This document shows, one piece after another, positions 12,369 through 24,859 of a stretch of DNA of 64,000 nucleotides. The notes below the pieces were generated by a model, which was not told the origin of the DNA, ran no database searches, and saw nothing but the letters and a program-made list of their open reading frames with translations. Source of the DNA: Chiloscyllium plagiosum (lineage: Eukaryota); the NCBI RefSeq assembly GCF_004010195.1, contig NC_057718.1, positions 90,568,376-90,632,375 of the forward strand, read 5' to 3'. Position 1 is the stretch's first letter, and each line of letters begins with the position of its first letter. The translations under genes and the position numbers were made by a program.

Positions 12369-12487
12369 TTCATTTCACCTGATGAAGGGGCAGCGCTCTG
12401 AAAGCAAGTGCTTCCAAATAAACCTGTTGGACTATCTCCTGGCGTCATGTGACTTCTTTCTCTGAAGCAGATGGTCCCATTGTTATC

Positions 12488-12621
12488 CCCTTGTTTCCTG
12501 AAGAAGGGCTTATGCCCGAAACGTCGATTCTCCTGTTCCCTGGATGCTGCCTGACCTGCTGCGCTTTTCCAGCAACACATTTCCAGCTCTGATCTCCAGC
12601 ATCTGCAGCCCTCACTTTCTC
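12488..12621 (+). mobile_element. Solo PLE terminal repeat with intact family A hammerhead (core 12498-12525)
   Basis: CTGAAGA-A-GGGC ttat GCCC-GAAACGTC; 12-bp TSD cccattgttatc at 12476-12487 and 12622-12633. Confidence 0.88.
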
Positions 12622-13029
12622 CCCATTGTTATCTATGCTGATTCCATTCTGTCTGTCCTACTTGGCCATTCTCACATGAGCACAGCCCCTCACACAAAAG
12701 GCCTTAATAAAATGGATGACTGCGATGTGGAAATTTTGCAGTTGGCCGCTGCTCCAGGAGTAAACTCTACCTCGTCACCTGTGAGTCGCCTCTGTGGAAA
12801 CTCGAAGAAAAGTAGCCTTAGGCAGACAAACCTCCTAACAAGGAACAAGCGCAGGCCACTCTGTCCATCCAGCTTGCTCGGGCTCGCAGCTGATTAACCT
12901 CGATTCTACATTCCTGTAAAGTAGTGTCTTTGACAGTAGGGACAGCAGGCTGTGTTTATCAAGAGATTGGTACTCCCCACAGTTAGTCAGTTGGAAACAG
13001 CCCTCTGGTATAACAGGGACATCTATTAT

Positions 13030-13500
13030 CGTAGAAACATAAAAAAATGGAAGCAGCTGTAAGCTATTGGGCCCCTTGAGCCTGATCCTCCATTCGATCT
13101 GATTATGGCTGACCGTCCACCTCAGTCCCCTGTTCCTGCTTTCTCCCCATATCTTTTGACCCGAAGAATTGTGTCCAACTCCTTCTTGAGAACATTCAAT
13201 GTTTTGGCCTCAACTGCTTCTAGCAGCAGAGAATTCCACAGGCTCTGGGTGAAGAATTTTTCTCATTTCAATCCTAAATGGCCTACCCCATGGCCTTAAA
13301 CTGTAACCCCTCATTCCAGTCTCCCCTATTACTGGAAACATCCTTCCTGCATCTACTCCTGTGTAGCTCTGTTACAATTTTATACGTTTCTACGAGATAC
13401 ACGCTGTCATTCTTCTAAACTCCAGTGATTATAAGCCCTAGCCAATCCAGTGTCTCTTCATACATGGTCCTGCCATCCCAAGAATCAGTCTGTCAATCCC
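13030..13500 (-). mobile_element. CR1-type LINE 3' fragment (older subfamily)
   Basis: gaattccacagg...ctgggtgaagaa, cttctaaactccag and 3' UTR ggccccttgagcctg motifs. Confidence 0.8.
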
Positions 13501-13904
13501 AGGTCATGTGATTCACATACAAAGCATCCTGGACTTTTAGAGGAAATCTATTGATTCATTCCCCAGCAAATATAAATCCAGTTACAGGAGTCATTATGTG
13601 CTGTACTTTACTGTGGTGTCATGTTTTGGCATTTATGACAGGAATGTTTGGGTTTTTTAATCACCATGTTGCTAATAAATTGAATTAACAATGAAATGTC
13701 GAAAAGGCAGAATTTACACTTTTGTGAGATGTAGCTTGGGTGTGATGGACTGTCTGGACACATGCTTACAGCCTGGATAACATCCTGGGTTTAAGGCAAT
13801 GGAGCATTTCCTTAGGCCCTACCAACCCCAGCCCTTCGCCTCGAGGATAATATCACCTTCAGAGTCTTGGGGTTCTGCCTTGAGTCTTCGAGGGGCTTGT
13901 GGGA

Positions 13905-14185
13905 GAGTTTAGGACTAGAGGGCATAATCTCAAAGTAAGTGGTTACACATTTAAGACACAGATAAGGAGGAATTTCCACTGTTAAAGGGGAACAAATCTG
14001 TGGAATTCTTCACCACAGGCTGGGTCATTAAATACATTTGAGGCTGAGATACGCAGCTTTTTAATCAGTAAGAAAATCAAAGGTCATGGGGGAAAAGTGG
14101 AGTTGAGGATTATCAGATCGGCCACGATCTCATTGAATGGCGGGATGGGCTGAATGGCCTACTTCGGTTCCTCTGCCTTATATCT
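13905..14185 (+). mobile_element. CR1-type LINE 3' fragment
   Basis: ggactagagggcat (RTRGH), ctgtggaattct, gatcggccacgatctcattgaatggc tail. Confidence 0.8.
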
Positions 14186-14479
14186 GGGACTGAACAGGCT
14201 AGATTCTCAACCTATGGATCTTTGGGCAGTTGGCGCATGCTACCCGTTGAGCTAGTGGGATCCGGAATGCAGAAGCTTGTTCTGAGAACAAGTGGGCAGT
14301 GACTGGATTGACTCCCATTTGAATACGTTCCTTTCCATCATTAAGGTTGATACTGCTGCAAGTCAGGGTGAACTCTCCATGCACTCATCGTATGGATTTG
14401 GGAGAATATTGAACCACCGTCTCCGATCTACCATCAGCCCTAACTTCAGCAATCCACACTTGTAACTCTCTTTAAGATG

Positions 14480-14990
14480 AGACGTGCTTGATGCTTTGGA
14501 AACTTTTGAGAAACTTTCCCTTCTATCCACAGCTAGGAAAATCCTGACGTACGTACTCCTGAATCAGTTACTTCCTGTGGCTGAGGAAATTCTCCCAGAG
14601 ACGCGTTCTGGCTTTGGACCTTCCACAGGAGCACACTGTCTCAGGATCTCGGATTCCAAGAAAGTCTGAGGAAAATGTGTGACAAATAACAGCATTCACT
14701 GTATTCATTGACCTCCATCTCCCTATCGCAACCTCAGCTACCTTCCCTCCAGCCTCACCACCCCCTCCCATTTATCTCTCAGCCCTCTTGGCCCACGAGC
14801 CTCATTCCTGATGAAGGGCCTATGCCCGAAACGTCGATTTTCCTGCTCCTCAGATGCTGCCTGACCGGCTGTGCTTTTCCAGCGCCACACTCCCGATTCA
14901 TTGACCTGATCAAAACATCTGATTCAGTAAAAGGCTGATGTGGATTGCTCTCCAGAGATTCGAATATCTTAAGCAAACGTCTTCCCAATC
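14480..14990 (+). mobile_element. RTE-clade LINE RT fragment interrupted by a PLE terminal repeat
   Basis: LSLLSTARKIL..LLNQLLPVAEEILPETRSGF and FIDLIKTSDSV match decayed RTE RT motifs. Confidence 0.75.
14715..14895 (+). mobile_element. Solo PLE terminal repeat with intact family A hammerhead (core 14808-14835)
   Basis: CTGATGA-A-GGGC ctat GCCC-GAAACGTC; 12-bp TSD attcattgacct at 14703-14714 and 14896-14907. Confidence 0.87.
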
Positions 14991-15420
14991 CTGCAACTGC
15001 CTAATGATAATATCGATGCAACTGTGATGAGTTACCCTTTCCAATAAACACTCAATCGATTTGCTGGAGATTTTTCTTCAATAAAAATACTTGCTCCTCT
15101 CCTCAGGAGAAGATGATGTTGAGCTGCCTTCTTGCGGTAGAGTTAGGTTTAGTCTTCAGTCCATGTGTTGTAGACACCCACGCTGCTGTTCCGGGATTTG
15201 GACCCAGTGACAGTGGAGGAACTTTGAATAAGGATGGAGCATGTCTTGGAGGGGGACTTGCGAGTGGTGGTGTTCCCATGTGTCTACTGCTCTTGTCCCT
15301 CCAGATGGTAGAGGTTGCTGGATTGGAAGTTGCTGTCGAAGGAGCCTTAGTGAGTTGCTGAAGTGCATTGCGTGTTCACACTGATGTCAGCGGTGGAGAG
15401 ATTGAATGTTTGGAATGGCA

Positions 15421-15610
15421 ATCAAGATTAGAGTGGTGCTGTAAAAGCACAGCAGGTCAGGCAGCATCCGAGGAGCAGGAAAATCGACGTTTCGGGCAGG
15501 AGCCCTTCATCATTTTCCTGCCCCTCGGATGCTGCCTGACTTACTGTGCTTTTCCAGCACCACTCTAATCGAGACTCTAATCTCCAGCATCTGCAGTCCT
15601 CACTTTCGCC
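15421..15610. mobile_element. PLE-derived inverted pair (family A)
   Basis: Inverted arms; 14-bp TSD tgtttg(g/a)aatggca at 15407-15420 and 15611-15624. Confidence 0.87.
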
Positions 15611-16519
15611 TGTTTGAAATGGCAGTTTGGTGTGCTTTCTCCTTTTTATTCACAGGTGCTCAGTAAGGGATAGTTTCCAGGGAACTCCACAGCAGAAGCA
15701 GATGGTCAACCTGCAGAACAAGTCAGATATAGAGGACCCTTCTGAAGCTTACCACCTTCATTATTTTCCACAATTTCCGAGAACGAAACGTGTATTTAGC
15801 TTGTCAACAGGGATAGTGTAGGACCTTTGTTATTTTCGTATCATGATGGGATTGGGACAAAATAGAGTGACATGCACACTAACTTTATTCTTTCCTGTAT
15901 CGCACACACAAACTAAACAGGTTGTTAAGTTGGAGTTGGCTTCGTTCTGTGTTCAGCCTGTGTTCTGCAAGATCAGAGAAAAACATATGAGGCTATCTGC
16001 AGAATTGTAATATTCAATGTGGGAAACCCCAGATAATGCTAATGCGGTGACTGAACAATAAAACAGAACTCATAGGAGACATAAGGTACATGCGTGGTGG
16101 TGGTGCAAAGCTAATATTTATAGTGTGTTTATCAGGCTTTCATCAAATATTTAAGACTGTGAGAATATTTAATCAGTGCCAAGGAAATACCATTGAGGTG
16201 GTGTTTCTGATGTTGAGACCTTAATGAGTGGAACGGGAATATATATATATCACAGGAACAATCCCGAAGATTTCTAAGTTCCCATGTGCTCCAGAGACTC
16301 ATTAAGAGTTAGAAGTGTTCTTGTTAATCATATAATGCTAGAGATGGAATTGATGTGCAGGCAGGGTTTTGATGTTAACTTTGTTTCATATTCTGTCTTC
16401 ATTCTCTTTGCAAGACTATTCTGAAATGCATGGACTAGTTTCTGCTCTACCAGTCTGCGGTATGGGTTTGCAACCTCTATTTAATAAAATTCGGGTTGTA
16501 CAGGACAATTGACTGTATC

Positions 16520-16652
16520 TATTCCTGATGAAGGGCTTTTGCCCGAAACATTGATTTTCCTGCTCCCCGGATGCTGCCTGACCTGCTGTGCTTTTCCAGC
16601 ACCGCTCTAATCTCGACTCTAATCTCTGGCATCTATAGTACCCACCTCCGCC
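16520..16652 (+). mobile_element. Solo PLE terminal repeat (family A hammerhead, CpG-decayed stem III)
   Basis: ctgatgaagggcttttgcccgaaacattg; 10-bp TSD tgactgtatc at 16510-16519 and 16653-16662. Confidence 0.87.
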
Positions 16653-17029
16653 TGACTGTATCCAATGTTGATTTTTGTTGTTTGTGTGTTTGGTATTGGT
16701 GACTTGGGTTTATTAAGTCTCTTTATTACCACTGAAATCAATCAAAAAGCAAGTTTCCTTCCTGAGCATTTTTCCAATGCTACCATTTTAAAAAATGTAG
16801 CCTGACTCAGATTGTTGGAAAGTACAGTGAGAAAGAGAAGTCCATGTATGGCTCCAAATGGGGGGAATTGTGGGATTGCTTTTGTATTGGATTGTTGCTT
16901 TATCTCTAGAGTCTTCAGAGTTGGAGAATCATTATAACATGGATGGAAGCCGTTCGGTCCATGTAAATTAACCCAATCAGTCCATTCCTTTGCTGTGTTC
17001 CCCTCATCCATTCCCAGAGCCTGTCAGTC

Positions 17030-17347
17030 AAAGAATCCCTTCAATGTGGAAGCAGAGCCATTCAGCCCATTGAGTCCACACCAACCCTCTGAAGAGCATC
17101 TCATCCAGTCCCTGTAACCAACCCAATGTGCACATTCCTGGAGACTATAGGAAATTTAGCATGGCCAATCCATCTAACCTGGACATCTTTGGACTGTGGG
17201 AGGAAACCGGAGCACCCGGAGGAAACCCAGCAGACACGGAGAGAATGTGCAAACTCCACACAGACAGTCGCCTGAGGGTGGAATTGAACCCAGGCCCCTG
17301 GGGCGGTGAGGCAGCAGTGCTAACCACTGAGTCTCCATGCCATCCCT
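17030..17347 (-). mobile_element. HE1-type SINE
   Basis: HE1 body and tRNA-like head. Confidence 0.9.
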
Positions 17348-17557
17348 AGTTTGTTTTCCTCAAGTGTCCATCCATCCTTTTGAAATCATCCATCATCTTT
17401 GCTTTCCCTGCCTTTCTAGGGAGAAGGGTCCTGTGGTATTGCCACTCGGAGATCCATTCTTCCTGTATTTTATAAGGTCACTCTTAATTTCCGAAGTGCT
17501 TCGAAAGCAAGATTCCCTCTGGTTCCTGAAAATTGCATTTGAACTAAACAAAATGCT

Positions 17558-17844
17558 CCTCTCTCCACAAGAATCTCAGTGAGTCTCTCTCTCACTGCAC
17601 CCCCCCATGTCATCTCCTTGGCCCTGAAGCTCTTCAACCATGTCCTGAAACAGACTCGCTACCGCAGCCACATACATCTGCTTACTTTTTGCTACCTTCT
17701 CCTACCCCCCCCCACTCCAATTTATCTCTCCACCCTGGAGGCTCCCTGCCCCTATTCCTGATGAAGGGCTTTTGCCTGAAAGGTCGATTTTCCTGCTCCT
17801 CGGATGCTGCCTGACCTGCTGTGCTTTTCCAGCACCACTCTGAT
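17558..17844 (+). mobile_element. Internally deleted PLE: ORF 5' segment fused to terminal repeat with hammerhead
   Basis: 17558-17680 is homologous to the ORF start seen on the minus strand at 5861-5954; hammerhead core at 17758; 14-bp TSD ctaaacaaaatgct at 17544-17557 and 17845-17858. Confidence 0.82.
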
Positions 17845-18007
17845 CTAAACAAAATGCTGTTAAAGGGAATTGGTGAAAAAGTCAAAATAAGTCACCTCAA
17901 CTGCAGATTTTCAGTTAATTAGAACTCTACAATTCTTGCAACTTTCTGTAAACAGTAACCTCAGCCCAGCTTCTCCTCCTCTTATTGTAGCTGAACACCA
18001 TCTAATG

Positions 18008-18226
18008 TAAGTAGTTCTTCTATAACGCGATGGTTGCGTTCTTGTGCGATCTCACATTATAGAAAAATTGTGCTTTAGAAACAGAGCTTAAAAACATTGG
18101 CGCTGTAATTGTGTTACAGCCAACACACATTTTAAAGTTCCCGCTATAGAAACAGCGCCCCCAGTTTGTCAATCGCGTTACAGCGAATTCACGTTAACGA
18201 AACGTGTGTTATAACAGAACAGCCTG
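18008..18226. mobile_element. Tc1/mariner (pogo/Tigger-like) non-autonomous DNA transposon
   Basis: Imperfect TIRs aagtagttcttctataacgcg / tgtgttataacagaacagcctg, followed by TA. Confidence 0.7.
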
Positions 18227-18400
18227 TAATTGGTTCCGTATTGTCCTCATATTTTGTGCCTCACGAAATGCTTGTGGTATGATGTGTCTTCGTTGACTGA
18301 TGTTGCAGGATTTCATAACTGTTTGATGCACCTTCTGTTTATCTGGGAGGTTGGAGATCCTGAGGGAGTCCAGAGCACAGTAAGATTCGAATTGCTATAC

Positions 18401-18553
18401 TGTGTGTGTGTGTATGTGTGTGTGTATGTGTGTCTGTATGTGTGTGTCTGTGTTAAAATGTGTGTCTGTATGTGTGTGTGTCTGTCTGTGTTTGTGTGAA
18501 ACTGTGTCTGTGTGTGTCTGTCTGTCTGTGTGTTTGTGTGAAACTGTCTGTGT
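18401..18553. repeat. TG-rich compound microsatellite
   Basis: Direct inspection. Confidence 0.9.
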
Positions 18554-19377
18554 TTAAAACATGGGCTGCTGTTACTTTCTTAAAGCTGCCCCCACTGACT
18601 GTGCACACAGTTGGAGTTAACGGTCACCTCAAGGTCTGTCATGATCAATGGACAGGATTAGAGGGGATGTATTGGGTATTCAAAGAATGCAGGGCCTTGT
18701 GAGAAAATTGCTTTTGCAGGAGTGAATGTTATGACTGTTAAATCATCGCTGTCTGGGGGGAGGTCTCTTTGAAATGAGATGAATAGGAGTGGACGGTCTG
18801 TTCTGTGGCTGAGACAGCACTCTGGAGTGTGGCAGCTTTTCACTGAATTGTGAACAGCACAGGAAAAGGCCATTCAGCCTCTCCTGAGGAGCAGCGAGGC
18901 CAGGGTCATTCCCTGCCGTAACCCCGCCCGTTCCTCCTTTCCAGACAATAATGCAAGTGCCTCAGTTGAACCAGCCTCCACCACACTCTGAGTCTTGTTC
19001 ACTCGCTGCACTCACAGGCTCCTCCTCACATCTTCATTTCCATCCACCTCAAATCTGTGCCCAGCTCTCGTTCTCAATCCTTCCCTCGCCAGCAAGACCA
19101 GTTTCTCCTTCTCTACCCCATCAGGACCCCATTCTGATTTTGGGCAACTCTCTCTAATCTCCCCCAAAGCAAACTAACCCGAATTCTCCAATCTACCTGG
19201 CAAGCTGGAGTTCCTCGCCCCTGGAAAATTGTAAAGCCTTTCACTGCTAGTTGTTGAGGAAGTTCAGTCCTTGAAAAGGCTCCTGTTTCTTGTAAAATGT
19301 TGCTGAGTTCACTCACAAGATGCACTGGTTAAAAATCACACAATGCCAGGTTACAGTCCAACAGATCCATTTGGAAG

Positions 19378-19412
19378 CACTAGCTTTCGGAGCGCTGCTC
19401 CTTCATCAGGTG
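19378..19412 (-). ncRNA. Minimal type I hammerhead ribozyme motif (family B), intact
   Basis: Reverse complement CAC-CTGATGA-A-GGAGC agc GCTCC-GAAA-GCTA-GTG: perfect stems I and II, AGCT palindromic stem III, CUA triplet; lies within PLE fragment ~19328-19535. Confidence 0.85.
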
Positions 19413-19603
19413 GTTATGGAGCATGACCAGAGGACACAGAATTTATAGCAAAAGGTTACAGTGTCACGCAACTGAAATGATATATTGAACAAACCTAGTT
19501 TGCTGTTAAGTCTTTCATCTTTTAGAATGGGCACAAGCTGACTTGGAGCGAGACCATGCCAATGAGCATGCTCCTTCAAGGAACGTTGGAAAACCAGGAG
19601 GCC

Positions 19604-20165
19604 AGGTTTGTGAAGGTTTGTAGCTCACGTTGAGGTTTAGGGTGTAGGTTTGCTCGCTGAGCTGTAGGTTTGATATTCAGACGTTTCATTACCTGGATAG
19701 GTAACATCATCAGTGGCGACCTCCAAGTGAAGCGAAGCTGTTGTCTCCTGCTTTCTATTTATATCTTTCTCCTGGATGGGGTTCCTGGGGTTTGTGGTGA
19801 TGTAATTTCCTGTTCGTTTTCTGAGGGGTTGATAGATGGCATCTAGATCTATGTGTTTGTTTATGGTGTTGTGGTTGGAGTGCCAGGCCTCTAGGAATTC
19901 CTCTCTCTCCCTCATAGCCCTACAAACAGATGAAAAAAACCACCATTTCGACTGGGACAACACATCCTGGGACAGGCTAAGCAAAGACATGCCAGAGAAT
20001 TCCTAGAGGCCTGGCACTCCAACCCCATCCAGGAGAAAGATATAAATAGAAAGCAGGGGATAACATCTTCGCTTCACTTGGAGATCGCCACTGATGATGT
20101 TACCTAGCCAGGTAATGAAACGTCTGGATATCAAACTCCCAGCTCAGCGAGCAAATCTACACCCT
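19604..20165. mobile_element. PLE inverted-pair insertion (family C) with GIY-YIG C-terminal remnants
   Basis: Both arms encode EFLEAWHSN; minus arm continues HNTINKHIDLDAIYQPLR; hammerheads at 19677-19716 (-) and 20088-20127 (+); 13-bp TSD aaaccaggaggcc at 19591-19603 and 20166-20178. Confidence 0.9.
20088..20127 (+). ncRNA. Minimal type I hammerhead ribozyme motif (family C), intact core
   Basis: CCA-CTGATGA-T-GTTACC tagcca GGTAAT-GAAA-CGTC-TGG. Confidence 0.83.
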
Positions 20166-20862
20166 AAACCAGGAGGCCTTTCATGGCTTGAATATTCTAA
20201 AAGGCGTTTGTCCAGGGTCCCCCTCTGATTGTTGTGACATGTTTGCATCTTTCCTCTTGATCTTTCACCAATCCCCTGTCTGAATTGTAACAGGTAATGG
20301 GATTAATCTCCCCTTAATTTCCTGAGGGAAGTGTTGCGTGGACAAGTCTCCTGAATCTTAATCAACCCTCACGTCTCTGCTTGGCTGTGGCCTGCTCTTC
20401 TGGACAAACATCTCCTCACCCCTGGCCTTGGCAGTCTTCTGATAGCGTCCCTGATTCATCAGACTGCGGGGGATTTGTAGCATTTTGTGGTTATCATTTT
20501 AGCCAAACAGCGGGGAGGCTATAAATTTCTCTGGTATGTGTCGATATATCTCTCTTCTGTAACAGTGGTGCATGTTACTGCTGTCTGGTAATCTCTGGGA
20601 AGTTGTAACTGAGTCAGAAGTTATGTGTTTTCAGTTTGTCTTGCTGTCTGAAACAGAAATGCTGGGAACATCTTATCGAAATGTTGCCACTCCTTGTCTA
20701 AGGACAGCAGGAATGAGCATTAAACTCTTGATGGACCAGAGCAGCATCTGCCTTGCTATCCCTCCCCTTGTTTATCCCTGGGAGAGAGCTGCACTCATTT
20801 TGAAGCCATTTAGACTTGAGATGTTGGTGTAAAATGAACTGCATCAGATTGTTGAGCCACTA

Positions 20863-21225
20863 CCGTAGATTGCAGTGTATAAGCCAACTTGGTATATAAG
20901 AGAACTCAGTGTGTAAGTCGACTCAGTATATAAGTTGGCCCCATTTTTCTGCCATGTTGTATTTTTGCATATGCACGGCGTGCATTTTCAGCCATGACAC
21001 ATTGTTCATAGCCAGCCTCAGCTTTTTACCTCACACACAAATGTCTGTTTGAATTACTTCCACTTTAATAACTGGGGGTAGAGGGGCAAGCAGAAGATAT
21101 GGGCTGTATTACACAGGCACCCAGGGTTTTAACGCAAGTCCACAATGAAAACAGCCCAGGTGGTGAATAACAAAGCTGGCAACTGTCCGTACCCCAAACT
21201 GGCAGTTTGTATTTATACTCAGCGG
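20863..21225. mobile_element. Possible decayed Tc1/mariner (Tc2-like) non-autonomous element
   Basis: TA-ccgta...gtataagccaac/gtaagtcgac subterminal repeats; possible cgg-TA right end. Confidence 0.4.
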
Positions 21226-22574
21226 TAAGTCGTATTTGTGGAGAGATTGCTTGGGCATTCACAGCTTGATTGATGCTATCCCTATCTTCCTTCCCACTGA
21301 CATCACCATGTCAATATTGCCCATTTTACACCATCAGTCAAATTCATGTTTATTCCCCTTGTGTGGTTCATCTCCAACACACACACACACGTGTCAGCAT
21401 TTAATGATGACTGGGAGGCCCAGCTAAAGTGTTGGCATTTGGCAAAACAATTCTGTGCACTTCAGCCTTGCCTTATCTTTGACCTCCAACCCTCTCAAAG
21501 TCTTCCCAGCCACATTTCGAGGGATAAGCGGAGGCAGGTTGGACTAGTTTCATTTGGGATTATGGTTGGCATGGACTGGTTGGGCCGAAAGGTCTGTTTC
21601 TGTGCTGTATGACTCGATGACTCACATGTTGTGCTCCCAGTGGGAGCCACTGCCTATTAATGGGACAGGCTCCATTATCCTTCCTCTACTCCCAGAGTCA
21701 TTGGGCCCAAATGGTGCCCACCTGAACTCTCACTGGAGCAGACAGTCCCTTACGGAGCTGTGAATTAACACTGATGGGGAAAGTGCAAGAAAGGGACAAT
21801 GTACGGGGAAAGGAGCTGAATAAATGGCAAGGGGAAATGGGTTGATAGAGGAGGAGTAATGGAGAAGTAGGTGATAGTAAAAGAGGTGTGAGAAGGTAGT
21901 GAAAAGGGATCCACTTTGGGGGACAGTAATGATGGCAGCAAAAATGAACCATGGATGGTGATGAAAGTGAATGCGGAATGTGCTAGTGAATGCTTGACGG
22001 GCCGAATAGCCTTCTGTCAACAGTGGTTGTGACTGGCATTTAGGGGAGAAATTACAGTTTGCATTTTGAAGTGGGCAGTGGAGATGGAATGGGGTGGGAG
22101 AGTGCCCAGCAGGTAAGTTAGCAACTTGAATGGGCAGCGGTCTAAGTGGCATTGGCAAAAGCTTACCATGTCAGTGAGGTGGACTGGAAGGTTTATAGCA
22201 GTGCGATAGAAGCCGGGTAGGGTGTAGTCACACTCAGAAATGGTTTGGAGGGGGCAGATAGTTTTAGAAGAAGACATTGGGCAGTGGATCCGCTTAGAAT
22301 CTTAATGGCACTTGAGCTTTTTAATCTTAAAATCTCGCAGTGGGTAGCATGCTGAACCTGACGTTCTGGGTTCAGGATCCCACTGGGAGCCTTGTGGGTC
22401 ACACAAGCAGCATTCACTAAGAGACCAAGCAGAATGAGGATTCATCTGCTCGTTGCTCCAGTATTGTAGGTGATCAGGGAAATCCCTCACAAAAAGACAC
22501 ACATAGAGTAACCTCCATCAATACACCAACACAAACAAAGAAACATTATACAGAGGATGTTGTTAAAGGTATAT

Positions 22575-23475
22575 TTAGAGTCATACAGTATGTAAACAGG
22601 AATTGCTGGAGAAGCTCAGCAGGTCTGGGAGCAACAGTAGAGAGAGAAACCATGCTGACCAGGTTTCCTAAATTGAACTAGTCCCATTGGCCCTGCATTT
22701 CACCCATAGTTCTCTAAACCTTTCCTGTTCATGTACCTCGAGCGTGGTGCTGGAAAAACACATCAGGTCAGGCAGCATCCGAGGAGCAGGAGAATTGACG
22801 TTTCAGGCATAACCCTTCATCAGGAAGGATATACGCCCGATGAAGGCCCTATGCCCGAAATGTTGATTCTCCTGCTCCTCGGATGCTGTCTGGCCTGATG
22901 TGTTTTTCCAGCACCACACTCTCAACTCTGATCTCCAGCATTTGCAGTCCTCACATTCTCCTATCCATGCACCTGTCCAAATGTCTCTTAAATATTGTAA
23001 CTGTACCCATCTCTACCACTTCCTCTGGAAGCTCATTCCATATACCCACCACCCTCAGGTCCTTTTTGTAAATCTTTCCTGTCTCACCTTAAACATGCCC
23101 TCGAAGGTTTGGACTCCGCTACACTAAGGAAAATACTTTTGCCATTCATTTTATGTATGCCCCTCATGATTTTATAAACCTCTTTGAAGTCATCCCTCAG
23201 CTCCAAGGGAACAAAAGACTCAGCCTATCCAGCTGCTTCTTATAACTCAAACCCTCCAGTCTCGGTAACATCCTTGTAAATCTTTTCTGCACCCTTTCCA
23301 ATTTAATAACATCCTTCCTATAGCAGGGCGACCAGAACTGGAGGCAGGACCCCAAAAGTGACCTCACCAATCCCCTGTACAGCTGCAACATGACATCCCA
23401 ACTCCTACAGTCAGTGCACTGTCTGATGAAGGCAAACGTACCAAATGCCTTCTTCACTAGCCTGCCTACCTGCTA
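22575..23475 (-). mobile_element. CR1-type LINE 3' fragment interrupted by PLE pieces
   Basis: KKAFGTFAFI..WDVMLQLYRGLVRSLL..FWSPCYRKDVIKLERVQKRFTRMLP; family A inverted pair at ~22739-22960 with a degenerate TSD. Confidence 0.9.
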
Positions 23476-24129
23476 CTTCTTATCCTTCCAAAAAGCTGTG
23501 GATATCCTTCAAGATGGCCAGGATGAGGGAAAAGGTAGCAGTCTGGAAGATGGGAAGTGGAATTGAGATGCTTCCTGAAGTTTGGCCCAGGTTTTCTTCC
23601 TCCATAGATCAAAATATCACAAAGCTCTTCGTGAAGATGTTAATCTTTATTTCTTGGCAGTATCAGCACATTACCATCTGTTAGTCCGTTACTCAGTCAT
23701 GGTTCTATTCATACCACACTCTGCTCTATGTCAGTCCTCTTTCAGAATCTGAACACCAACATAAAACTGGACTGTCTCTCATACTCAGAGAGAGTTGCAC
23801 TCTATTAAAAGCACAAAGTCCTGCAGGCAGCAGACAGCTCTAGAGAGAGAAGCAAAATTAAAGTTCCAAAGAAGTGTCCTACCAGACTTGAGATGTTAAC
23901 TCTGTTTCTCTCCCCACTGTTGCTCCCAGACCTGCTGAGCTTCTCCAACAATTCCTGTTCTTACTTCAGATCTCAGAGTCCGCAACATTTCATTTTAATT
24001 TTGAGCATGGCACTGTCACAGGTGCTGATGTTAAATTGAGACCCCATCCCCCAACTCAGGTGGGGGTTGGGGGGGTGCGGTAGAAGATTCCGGAAGGCCA
24101 TTTGGAAGAAAAGCATTGGGAGTTATCCC

Positions 24130-24440
24130 TCATAGAGTCATAGAGTCCCTACAACACGGACGTAGGTCACTTAGCCCATCAAGTCCACACCGACCCTCCA
24201 AAGAACAGCCCACCCAGACCCATTCCTCAACCCTATCCCTGTAACCCTGCATTTCCCATGGCTAACCCACCTTAGACTGCACATCCTTGGACACTATGGG
24301 GCAATTTAGCATGGCCAATTGACCTAACCTGCGCATCTTTGGACTGTGGGAGGAAATTGAACCCACACAGACACGGGGAGAATATGCAAACTCCACACAG
24401 ACAGTGGGCCTGAGGGTGGAATTGAACCTGGGTTCCACTG
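24130..24440 (-). mobile_element. HE1-type SINE (head truncated)
   Basis: HE1 body; catagagtcatagagtc tail. Confidence 0.88.
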
Positions 24441-24859
24441 TAAAGCACACAAAAGAAAGAACAGCTTAACTTGTTAATCACTTATTGAGGGGGACCTCCT
24501 GTGCAAATGGCTGTAGTTTTGCCTTAAATGCTCCACTTTGAAAGTATCTGATTGACTGTAAAATGCTCCTGAGACATTGGGTGGTCAATGAAGAACACAA
24601 TATACATACAGATCTTTCCTTTCCCATTTCCGAACCAATTACCAAAGCAAAGTGAGTAAAGCGATGCTTAGCAACAGAGTGCGCAATGATGTCCAGTCTT
24701 TGTGCCGTGCTATCAGTAGCTTTGTTTTAGGACTCTGTGACCTGGTTAGATGCCAGCCCAGTATATTGAAGGGTGCATGGATCCCACCACCTCTGCAGAG
24801 CTATGAATGGATTTCCACCTTGATTTGGCGCAGGATGGATCTGAACACCAGGCCAAGGT

